34,417 nucleotides of DNA, from assembly GCF_001194135.2 (NCBI RefSeq), contig NC_068989.1:81569887-81604303 (forward strand), read 5' to 3'. The notes beneath the pieces are model-generated. The model did no database searches. It was not told the origin of the DNA and worked only from the letters and a program-made list of their open reading frames with translations. The translations under genes and the position numbers were made by a program. Position 1 is the first letter of the stretch. The number at the start of each line of letters is the position of its first letter. Shown here piece by piece: positions 1 to 9,639 of the stretch. The stretch comes from Octopus bimaculoides. Taxonomy: Eukaryota.

Positions 1-31
<31 letters not shown>
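1..31. repeat. (TA)n microsatellite, probably the internal microsatellite of the adjacent SINE
   Basis: Perfect AT alternation at 1-31. The related SINE copies at 6440-6819 and 33981-34402 have TA-rich runs at the equivalent position. Confidence 0.95.
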
Positions 32-33
<2 letters not shown>

Positions 34-37
34 AAAG

Positions 38-195
38 TCTTCTTTTTAGTTTCCGTCTACCAAATCCACTCACAAGGCTTTGGTCAGCCCAAAGCTATAG
101 TAGAAGATACTTGCCCAAGGTGCCATGCAGTGAGATTGAACCCAGAGCCATGTGGTTGGTAAGCAAGCTACTTGCCACACAGCCACTTCTGCGCC
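38..195 (-). mobile_element. tRNA-headed SINE family A, 5' half
   Basis: Clearly homologous to 6660-6819, 14284-14440 and 34245-34402. The minus-strand head has A-box-like (GTGGCTGTGTGG) and B-box-like (GGGTTCAATC) motifs, followed by a CACCTTGGGCAAG core. Confidence 0.85.
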
Positions 196-214
196 TATGT
201 AATATACATATATT

Positions 215-555
215 GGTACTTGTGCCATATGAGAAAACACTTGTGATGGTGTCACGTAAAAAAACACCCATTCTGGTACCATGCAAAAAGCACTCCGTAT
301 ACTCTGCAAAGTGGTTGGCATCAGGAAGGGAAACCAGTAGTAGAAACCATGCCAAAACAGACAATTGGAGCCTGTTGCAGCACTCCAGCTTGCCAACTCC
401 TGTCAATCCATCCAACTCATGCTAGCATAAAAAAAAACAGATGTTAAATGATGATGTTGTGTGCCCTTTCTAATGCCAACAACTTTACAGAGTGTACTGG
501 GTGCTTTTTATGTGGCACCAGCATCAGTGCTTTTTATGTGGCACCATCACCAAGG
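215..555. mobile_element. Two degenerate RTE-type 3'UTR fragments, tail-to-tail (215-457 +, 459-555 -)
   Basis: Shares the GTGGTTGGCATCAGGAAGGG...CATGCTAGCA...GATGATG tail with 4604-5126 and 7218-7860. Confidence 0.7.
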
Positions 556-689
556 CAGGACACTCAGAATGGTCCTGATATACTACACCTTCAAATAAGG
601 ATGTGATTGTTACAGTTGGAATATTTTTTTATTGTGGAGTTGCTGAATCAAGTCTCTTATGCAGCATCTAAACAACTGCTGCTGATGAA

Positions 690-1780
690 TGGACACAATC
701 TGCAGCATAATGGCACACTCTGCATCTGTAATTTTCATTTTCTTTACAGGATATTTATTACTAATTTTCTGTCAAAACTAGGGTATTTTTTGAGTTCAAT
801 GCTTGCTATAGTACATAATCAAGGCATATGATGAAAAGGTAGAGTTTGAAGGTATCTCCTTGTAACACGCCTGTAGTAATCTGATAAAAGATAGTGTTCT
901 GATATAACATCATTCACAGTTTCTCCAGGAATGCCATAAGCTAGCAATAACTGTCTCATTTCCCCCTTTGTGGATCAAATTGAAGGTTTTTATGAAATTT
1001 ATGAAAAGCAGAACAGCTGGTATATTCTTCTCTTTCATTTTCAATGATTTGCCTGATTGTAAGTATTTCTGTTATTGATCTGTCTGGACAAAGGCTGCTC
1101 TGCTTCTTGTGATGGTCAGAATTTTCTCAAGCTTGATCCTGATTCTTTTCATGGTATCAAGTCGTAGGTTTTAGCTGTAATTGTTGTTAGTGTAATGCCA
1201 CAGTAGTTCTTCATAAAACCTAAGTCTTCTTTCTTGGATGCTGATATTATACAACCTTCTCTCCAGCTACCTATTTCCTCAGGAAGCACATTTTTTTCTT
1301 CTCCCAGTCTCCAGACTTCTGCAGGTATGCCATCCAGGTCACAAACTTTATCATCTTGAAGTCATTTGAAGGCATCATGCAGTTCATCAATGATGAAAGA
1401 ATCCTTCTCTATGTCAAGTTCTTCGGTTAAGACAGGATCAATATTGCCCTCAGCAATTTCTGTGGGTTTACTAAGATCTTCATAGTATTTCCTCCATAAT
1501 TAAATCCTTTCTACTTGAATTAGATATTTCAGTCAGGAAATATTTGACTTCCTTCTTTCACTTATTTCATTTCCTATCTTCCATACAACTGCTGATTTCT
1601 TGCTGTCAGTTGCATTTCTGATTTCATCAATCTTTCCTTGCAGATAATCAACTTGATCTGTTTCAGAGGCTTCAATGAGGGAGAATATTCCTCTTCTGTA
1701 GCTTTCACTATATTCAGTGGCTAATTTTGACTCTCACAAACTTGAGTTGTTTCCAATGGCCTTCATCATTTGTGCACTGA
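690..1780 (-). mobile_element. Degenerate RTE/RTEX-type LINE reverse transcriptase remnant
   Basis: Minus-strand translation, broken by stops and frameshifts, gives YLQGKIDEIRN, KNYCGITLTTITAKTYDL, NIPAVLLFINFIKTFNLIHKGEMRQLLLAYGIPGETVN and TTGVLQGDTFKLYLFIICLDYV. These are non-LTR RT motifs. Confidence 0.85.
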
Positions 1781-1799
1781 CTAATTTGTGCACTTCCTG

Positions 1800-2370
1800 C
1801 TCCCTCAGTCTGCTGGTGCCACATGAAGTTCAAGGACCAGGCTGAGAAATGTACACAGCCCTGCTCCTACACTTCTCAAGGAGACACTGGGCACGTCAGT
1901 CATCTCCCCCATTGATTCACCTTATCGTGCATTCTTTATCAGAGATGCCAGTTCTTCAAGGTCCTTTATGGAGGATACAGGTGTCAGCTTAATTATTTGG
2001 CCTCGACGGTTTACCTCCACCATTCCTGGTCTTTCAGATATCTCTCTCTACACAGTGAATCACTCCACCATCAAGACCTATGGACAAATATCCCCTTATG
2101 CTGAATTTGTCACTCCATAGGGATTTCAAGTGGATCTTTGCCATTGCAGACCTGCCCCATTTTATTCTTGGTGCTGATTTCTTACACCACTATTCTCTCA
2201 TTGTGGACGTTAGGGGGCGCCAACTCATTGATGATACCACTTCACTCGCCATCCCCAGAAAGGATTCTTCTGTCCCCCATTGTAAGCCCTTCTTTCTTTG
2301 TGGTCACTTTGGGTGACTCCTACCAACAGCTACTCACTTCGTTTCCAGAGTTGACTGATTTGTCATTTCA
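1800..2370 (+). mobile_element. Ty3/Gypsy LTR-retrotransposon fragment (gag C-terminus plus aspartic protease)
   Basis: LCWCHMKFKDQAEKCTQPCSY resembles the Gypsy gag CWYH..FG..A.KC..PC motif. FMEDTGVS resembles the protease D-T-G site. ORF 2080-2316 has FKWIFAIADLPHFILGADFLHHYSLIVDV. Confidence 0.85.
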
Positions 2371-3351
2371 TATTGTTTTCTTGAAACAATAAATTTCTAC
2401 AGAGATTAGGATTTAAATTCCAATGTATGAAAAGATTCTGTTCTACAATATTCTTAAAGGAACGAAAAATTATTGAGCAACTCAGGCAAACAAGCCTGGT
2501 AGGTGTACAAGACTAACTGGTATCTCTTATCAGATTGCAGATATTAGTTGTGCACTCCGCTGTTGTTATTCGATTGCTGTTATTCTGTACGTCTATGTGT
2601 AAAGATCGGTTGTGTTTTGCAGGGTTGCTTTATTTTTGCACTTAACTTAGAAATGAAGAAAGACATAGAGCTAGAGATATAAAAAAAATAAGCCATTTGC
2701 AGAAAAACAGGAAATTCTTCGAGCAAGCATGTGTCTTATGTGAAATCTGTGATTGTATGTTTGTGTGTACATGTGTTTATACAATGTACACTGTATTTGA
2801 TTACTGGATTTAATAAACAGAAGAACTGATTGAATGTAATGTTTGTTTATTTAATCAATAGTGGGTGAATTAATGTGTCTGTAAGTTTATGTATATATGT
2901 ATTAATTGATATTTGTGGTTTACTGATAAGTTTCTGTGGGGATAAAAAGATACTTATAGTTTTGTGGCAGTGTTGGTCTGCACTTGTGTATTTCACGTGA
3001 GATACTTAGAACAATATCAATAATGCTATGATGGAAAATTCAGAAAACCTTCTAGTTCTACTTACATAAATACTACCTAAAGAAGTTCTCCTTCTCCCCC
3101 CCCCCCCACTCCATGAATCTGAGATTTGATATTATATACATTATATACGGTGAATGTTGTGGCAATATTTTGATTAATCCTCTCTGCATTTTTTCTACTT
3201 GGAACAACTTAACTAATATACTCTTACTCTCACTTTACTCTTTTGTTTCAGATAGTATGGGATGTTACTCTTTATGTGTGCTGGATGGTATCATTTGAAT
3301 TTCATGTACTGATGTGTATCTGTGTCTTTATAATATATATATATCCATTAT

Positions 3352-3559
3352 AAGGTGGTGAGCTGGCAGAAACGTTAGCATGCCAGGCAAAATGCTTAGT
3401 GGTATTTCGTCTGTCTTTATGTTCTGAGTTCAAATTCCACTAAGGTCAACTTTGCCTTTCATTCTTTTGGGGTCAATAAATTCAGTACCAGTTGTGTACT
3501 GGGGTCGATCTAATCGACTGGCACTCTCCCCAAAACTTTCAGACCTAGAGTAGAAAAGA
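3352..3559 (+). mobile_element. SINE family B with 15-bp target-site duplication
   Basis: Runs AAGGTGGTGAGCTGGCAGAA...GAGTTCAAATTCC...TAGAAAAGA. ATATATATCCATTAT occurs at 3337-3351 and 3560-3574. Homologous to 22939-23156. Confidence 0.85.
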
Positions 3560-4062
3560 ATATATATCCATTATGATATTGGTATTATTAAATACCACCA
3601 TATCTAGAAATGGTAATTTTGTATTGCTCATCTTTTTTGTGAATTTCAGAGTTGAATGTAAATTGTTCAGAAGGACACTGAATTCTAAATTTTCTCCAAA
3701 TTAGAAACAACCAAGATATCCTTTTGTCTATATACCTTCTAAAAAAATCAATGCTATATTTTTTTTAATCTCTCCATGTCTTATCTTTACAGCTGTTTTG
3801 AATGATCAATGACTAGATGATAACAATGCATATTATGAAAACAGGTGCAATACAAAGGTACTATTGTAGGTATACACAAAAGCAAAGTCTCAGTATAGAT
3901 TCTGATTGTTCTACGCAGAAAAGTTACAGCATTTTCTTCAGAAGATGGAGGGCAAATTGTTCTATTTATCCTGATGAAGTTGGCATTTGAGAGTCTGATC
4001 TCTCCAAATATTATTTAGGAACCATCTACCACACTCAAACTCACATTGTGTCACCCATTGTT

Positions 4063-4084
4063 CACACACACACACACACACACA
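4063..4084. repeat. (CA)n microsatellite
   Basis: Eleven CA units. Confidence 0.95.
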
Positions 4085-4416
4085 TATATGAAAGAAAAAT
4101 ATTGAAATAAAGTCATAATCTTAAGTAAACAACAAAGGATTAAGTAGGTTTTTAAAAGTAAACTTGTGCTTGGTTTAAGAAAATATCAATTTGAATTGTT
4201 TGTTGACATTTGTTCTAAAGAAAGCCAATACCAGATATAATAGTGAAGATGACTGACAGAATAGTTGTAATTTATATTTGATCAGCTTCTATTTAGCTTA
4301 GATGTGTGGTAGTGGGAAATAAAAAGAAATACACCTCCCCCAGCACTTCCAATCCCTTATAAGAAATCAGATTTGAATGAAAGATCTTAGCATTTCTAAT
4401 ATTATGTAGTTTGATT

Positions 4417-4537
4417 AAGGTGGTAAGCTGGCAGAATTGTTAGTATAGCAAGTAAAATGCTTAGAGGCATTTCATCTGTATTTATGTTCTGAGTTCACAA
4501 TGTCATTGCTGGCCTTGTGCCAAAATTTGAAACCAAT
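4417..4537 (+). mobile_element. SINE family B, internally deleted
   Basis: The head matches 3352-3430 and is joined directly to a GGCCTTGTGCC tail. Confidence 0.65.
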
Positions 4538-4555
4538 ATAATGCAGTTTGATTGA

Positions 4556-5271
4556 CCCTTTCATTACCGTATTTATTTCGAGATGCTCTGTATTTCTTTC
4601 ATACTTGCGAAGACTTATTGAGGCAAGTGAAATCAAATCAAAATCGCTGACATTGCCAATGATAGTACCGCCTGATTGGCACTCGTACCAATGGAACGTT
4701 AAAGGCACATCCGAGCATGATCGTTGCCAGGGCCATGGACTGGCTCTTGTGCCGGTGGCATGTAAAAAGCACCATTCGAGTGTGATTGTTGCCTTACTAG
4801 CACGTGCTAGTGGCATGTGAAAAAACAACATTCAAGTATGATCGTTGCCAGTACTGCCGGACTGACTCCTGTGTAGGCAGCACATAAAAAACACCTTTTG
4901 AGCATGGTCACTGCCAGAACCGTCTGATTTGTCCTCATGCCAGTGGCATGTAAAACACCCACTACACTTGGAGTGGTTGGTGTTAGGAAGGGCATCCAAC
5001 TGCAGAAACTTTGGCAGATCAGATTGAGCCTGGTGCAGCCTTCTGGTTCAACAGTCCTCAGTCAAACCGTCTAACCCATGCCAGCATGGAAAGCAGACAT
5101 TAAACAACAACGATGATGATGATGATAACAAAGAATTTAGTAAAATAACTTAGTTATCATTAGGCTCGTGTTAGGAACATAAATTGTGACTAAGATTTGG
5201 TGGAAGATTTTAATTCAAAACTTATGAAAATAAGACATGTGTACTACAGAGCCAGTTTGGTATCAAAAGGG
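4556..5271. mobile_element. Probable TTAA-type (piggyBac-like) MITE split by an RTE 3' insertion
   Basis: Termini CCCTTTCATTACC and GGTATCAAAAGGG are imperfect inverted repeats, flanked by TTGA and ATAA (degenerate TTAA). Confidence 0.5.
4604..5126 (+). mobile_element. RTE-type LINE 3'UTR with four ~62-nt subrepeats and a (GAT)n tail
   Basis: Homologous to the reverse complement of 7218-7610. Subrepeats at 4713-4960; ends in GATGATGATGATGAT. Confidence 0.8.
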
Positions 5272-5766
5272 ATAAACAGACTGACTATAACCAATGTTTG
5301 TTAAATTGTTTAAACAGTAGGGTAATTTTCCTACATGATTCATTAAAGAGAAAACATGAAAAAATGATTGGAAAACGTGATGTCAAATGATGAATAATTA
5401 TTTAGTGCTCGATATATTTTACTAAAGTGAAACTAGTTTCAGTCATGTATAATGTGTCACTTTATCTTGACACCGTAAGATTGTTGTAAATGAATGACAT
5501 CTATTTCCAATATTCTGTGAAACCATGTCTAGCCATGGGGAAATATTAATTTGCTTGGAAACAGGAAGGAGTTGGCAATACAAAGGGCATCTGTCCATAG
5601 ATAATTTGCCTCAATAAACTCCATCTGATCCATGCAAACATGGAAAAAATGAACGCTAAACAATAATATTCATACACATACACATGTGGCCAGATAGACA
5701 AATACACACACAACAAATATACACACAGATATATGTGCATGTATATGTTATCATCATTACCACCAC

Positions 5767-5909
5767 CGTAAAAGCACCCACTACACTCTCTGAGTGGTTG
5801 GCGTTAGGAAGGGCATCCAGCTGTAGAAACTCTGCCAAATCAGATTGGAGCCTGGTGTAGCCATCTGGTCTCACCAGTCCTCAGTCAAATCGTCCAACCC
5901 ATGCTAGCA
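5767..5909 (+). mobile_element. Young RTE-type 3'UTR fragment
   Basis: The reverse complement matches 7250-7390 with about four substitutions and one 2-nt indel (by eye). Confidence 0.85.
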
Positions 5910-6083
5910 ATAAGATGTAGGATCAGCAATGTAGAAAATATCTCAGCCTCTATACACTGTCAAAGTACATTGTGCTGTGGTTGGTTGTTCAGGTATTGCC
6001 AATCATATATCCATATTGAGCAGCACTGTATATCACAAACACATACATAAACCTTAATATTCCCTACCCTGAAGCTGCTGCTG

Positions 6084-6084
6084 C

Positions 6085-6164
<80 letters not shown>

Positions 6165-6165
6165 C
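6084..6165. repeat. (CAA)n microsatellite running into an assembly gap
   Basis: Perfect CAA repeat up to the N run. Confidence 0.95.
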
Positions 6166-6439
6166 NNNNNNNNNNNNNNNNNNNNNNNNNNNNNNNNNNN
6201 NNNNNNNNNNNNNNNNNNNNNNNNNNNNNNNNNNNNNNNNNNNNNNNNNNNNNNNNNNNNNNNNNNNNNNNNNNNNNNNNNNNNNNNNNNNNNNNNNNNN
6301 NNNNNNNNNNNNNNNNNNNNNNNNNNNNNNNNNNNNNNNNNNNNNNNNNNNNNNNNNNNNNNNNNNNNNNNNNNNNNNNNNNNNNNNNNNNNNNNNNNNN
6401 NNNNNNNNNNNNNNNNNNNNNNNNNNNNNNNNNNNNNNN
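6166..6439. other. Assembly gap (274 N)
   Basis: Run of N. Confidence 1.
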
Positions 6440-6819
6440 TTGACTGCAGCCATGCTGGAGCACCGCCTTTAGTCGAGCAAATCGACCCCAGGACATATTC
6501 TTTGTAAGCCTAGTACTTATTCTATCGGTCTCTTTTGCCAAACCACTAAGTTGCGGGGACGTAAACACACCAGCATCGGTTGTCAAGCAATGTTGGGGGG
6601 GGGGGACAAATACAGACATACAAACACACACATATATATATACATATACATATATACGATGGGCTTCTTTCAGTTTCTGTCTACCAAATCCACTCACAAG
6701 GCCTTGGTCGGCCTGAGGCTATAGTAGAAGACACTTGCCCAAGGTGCCACGCAGTGGGACTAAACCCGGGACCATGTGGTTGGTAAGCAAGCTACTTACC
6801 ACACAGCCACTCCTGCACC
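6440..6819 (-). mobile_element. SINE family A, near full length
   Basis: Collinear with 33981-34402 over its whole length. Confidence 0.9.
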
Positions 6820-7217
6820 AAAATGATAAATATTTTAAAAAAAAGCTGAAAAGAAAGACATAGAATAAATATTATAGATATTACCATGATCTTGTGTAAA
6901 GGAATACTTCAATAACACAATTGTGAACTTCTGGGCCAAATGTTACAAAATAAATATTACCATATGTGACATGCTGATTTTTAAAGAGTATAATCTGTTT
7001 ATTGAATTCCAATAAATCTTAATATTCATTGGTTTAAGAATCAAAGGCAAGTCTGAAAGGGAGAAAATGTATTTTCTTGTTTTGAAAATCAGCTTAAGAG
7101 GCTTGAGAGAACTTTTACAAATTTCATTTCTTTACAGATGACAAAAACTTTTCATATAAGTCAACATGTGTGAAGTGAGCCTTCCTGGTATGTCATATTT
7201 AGTTTGAATGGTAAACT

Positions 7218-7860
7218 TATCATCATCATCGTTTAACGTCCGCCTTCCATGCTAGCATGGGTTGGATGATTTGACTGAGGACTGGTGAAACCAGATGGCT
7301 ACACCAGGCTCCAATCTGATTTGGCAGTTTCTACAGCTGGATGCCCTTCCTAACGCCAAACACTCAGAAAGTGTAGTGGGTGCTTTTACGTGCTACCAGC
7401 ACGAAGGCCAGTCAGGCAGTACTGGCAACGACCACGCTCAAAATGGTGTATTTTATGTGCCACCCGCACAAGAGCCAGTCCAGGGGCACTGGCAACAATC
7501 TCGTTCGAAAAACCTTACATATGTCACAGGCACAAGTGCCAGAAAGGCGACGCTGGGCACAGGTGCCATCCCGATTTCGCTTTCACTTGCCCCAATAAGT
7601 CTTCGCAAGCTGAGTTTCGTGTCCAATGAAGGAAAGGTATGCATAAGTGGGCTGGCTACACCCCTGGCAGAAGCCTTGGATTTAGGTCTCACTTGGCTTG
7701 CCGGGTCTTCTCACGCACAGCATATTTCGAAAGGTTTTGGTCAGAAGTCATCACCTCGGTGAAGCCCAATGTTCGAAGGTTTTGCCTCACCACCTCAGCC
7801 CAGGTCTTCCTGGGCCTACCTCTTCCACGGGTTCCCTCAACTGTTAGGGTGTGGCACTGA
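7218..7860 (-). mobile_element. 5'-truncated RTE-clade LINE: ORF2 C-terminus, 3'UTR and (GAT)n tail
   Basis: ORF 7689-7949 (-) ends VEGTRGRGRPRKTWAEVVRQNLRTLGF...K*, a typical RTE ORF2 C-terminus. It is followed by a subrepeated UTR and a tail that reads CATCATCATC on the plus strand. Confidence 0.85.
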
Positions 7861-8222
7861 AGCAATAATTGGCAAATGAAGAAATTATAGCTAGATTTAT
7901 ATAATAGAATGGTTGATACTTGAAATAATGCAGAATTGAATAATTTCAACTAAACTGAAGAGAACGAAAGAAAGAACACTTAAGACATATCATCAGGCAC
8001 ATGAACAGCAAACGTATAAAATGCTGTGATTTCACATTTTATTCTCTGACAGAAATTTATGGCTTTATGCACGGAGATTTAGAAGTTAATAACAAACCTT
8101 CGACAATAGGCAAATGAGTAGAGTGAGGGAAATGACTTCTTTTTTTTTTGATTTTGTGACAATCTTTCAGAACAAACTAAAACAGTCAGTAGTTTAGATG
8201 ATTGTATACTTTCATTGTAAGT

Positions 8223-8238
8223 TTTATTCAATTTTATT
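8223..8238 (-). promoter_or_regulatory. Candidate tandem polyadenylation signals for TMEM106B
   Basis: Two AATAAA hexamers on the minus strand (8223-8228 and 8233-8238), about 550 nt past the stop codon. Usage is unproven. Confidence 0.45.
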
Positions 8239-8788
8239 CAATGAAAATAAATACACTACAGTTAAAAAAAAACAATAATATACCTCTGCTATCCCAAAGT
8301 AAATACTGAGAGAGAAAAAAATCATTACTAAATACAGTAAAAAGAATTTTTTTTTTGAATGTCTTGGCAGATCTGAGAGAAGGAAATTACCTGCCTAGTA
8401 TGTAGCATTTGGATAACAATGGGTAGACAGAGCATTATAGTCACAGGAAAAATTCTAGCATAGAGTCATAACTAGAAAATTCTTTCATGTAAGGAAAATG
8501 AATTACTTCATGTTCTCTGGTTTTGTGTAATATAAAGGACAGTTTGCTTTGTTTCAGTACAGGTGAAAAAATAATTTCAGAACTTTCTGAGATTTTCTTC
8601 ATTAAATTTATGAAGTCCTCAATTGTTAAAGATTATATTATGCTTGAAAAGATAGCTGGCCAGAACCAACATGGGTGTATATCTAGCTTCACTGTAAATT
8701 TTGGCAAGAGCAACAACAGTGTGAGAAGTCAAATGATACAAGGCACTGGCAGCAATTGGAGGGAGAAGTGTCAGTTTGGTGAGCCAAC

Positions 8789-8888
8789 TCAATAAGGACT
8801 CTTTGTGTCATTTCCACAGCTGACATGTTGGTAAGTGGTCAATGTGGTCTGTTCTATGTGGCCAAAATAGCTGTAGTTAGCGGTCAAC
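8789..8888 (-). CDS. TMEM106B: TMEM106B-like, coding exon 6 (terminal): (E)LTANYSYFGHIEQTTLTTYQHVSCGNDTKSPY*
   Basis: Acceptor tactgttgcag, phase 2, 100 nt to TGA. Matches the human C-terminus TTYFGHSEQ...YQYVDCG as recalled. Confidence 0.93.
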
Positions 8889-8985
8889 CTGCAACAGTAA
8901 AAAGAATAAAATATTACAGCAAGGGGAATATGTAATACAATATGGTAATGATAGACTTAGGATTTATGAAATCTGTTTACTAATA

Positions 8986-9370
8986 CTTGTTGGCACTCCG
9001 TCGCTTACGACGTCGAGGGTTCCAGTTGATCCGATCAACGGAACAGCCTGCTCGTGAAATTAACATGCAAGTGGCTGAGCACTCCACAGACACGTGTACT
9101 CTTAACGTAGTTCTCGGAGATATTCAGCGTGACACAGAGTGTGACAAGGCTGCCCCTTTGAATTACAGGTACAACAGAAACTAGAAGTAAGAGTGAGAGA
9201 AAGTTGTGGTGGACGAGTACAGCAGGGTTCGCCACCATCCCCTGCCGGAGCCTCGTAGAGCTTTAGGTGTTTTCGCTCAACAAACAATCACAACGCCCGG
9301 TCTGGGAATCAAAACCGCAATCCTATGACCGCGAGTCCGCTGCCCGAACCACTGGGCCATTGCGCCTCCA
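8986..9370 (-). mobile_element. Intact tRNA-headed SINE family C with 13-bp TSD, in intron 5
   Basis: Minus-strand head GGAGGCGCAATGGCCCAGTGG...TTGATTCCCAGACC; CpG-rich. TSD CTGTTTACTAATA at 8973-8985 and 9371-9383. Confidence 0.9.
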
Positions 9371-9456
9371 CTGTTTACTAATAACAAAAGGCAATACAGT
9401 ATAATTAGAGAATTTACAAGTTATTTCTAAAATTTAGACATTAAATCTTTACTTAC

Positions 9457-9510
9457 TCAAACTGCATAAACATGTCATGGACCCATCGTCTTGGATCATT
9501 GCAAAATTTC
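9457..9510 (-). CDS. TMEM106B: TMEM106B-like, coding exon 5: (V)KFCNDPRRWVHDMFMQF(E)
   Basis: 54 nt, phase 2/2, ctaattacag acceptor and GTAAGT donor. Same length as the human DFC...VHN exon and carries the first luminal Cys. Confidence 0.92.
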
Positions 9511-9639
9511 CTGTAATTAGAAACAGAAGAATATTTTTAACAAACAATAGAAAAAATATTGTTAAAATCGTTTTTAATAATCTAATTCGGGCTTTGATAT
9601 ATCCACATTGTAAATGTGAGAGAGAGAATTAGAGAATTA

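Noticed and set aside
2470-2660. Possible piggyBac C-terminal Cys-rich remnant (VRLC..KDRLCF)
   Set aside because: Requires a frameshift, is very short, and no TIR was found.
5960-6697. Long ORFs 5960-6697 and 6064-6453
   Set aside because: Artefacts of the N gap and the (CAA)n repeat.
7138-7187. Plus-strand exon-like segment with good acceptor and GTATGT donor
   Set aside because: Stops in all three frames and no partner exon. At most a non-coding exon, and unsupported.
7295-7762. ORFs of 155 aa here and 119 aa at 4472-4831
   Set aside because: They lie within RTE 3'UTR or SINE sequence and show no protein motifs.
9290-9370. tRNA-like sequence (also near 34330-34400 and 29744-29810)
   Set aside because: These are SINE heads followed by SINE bodies; I could not build a complete cloverleaf.
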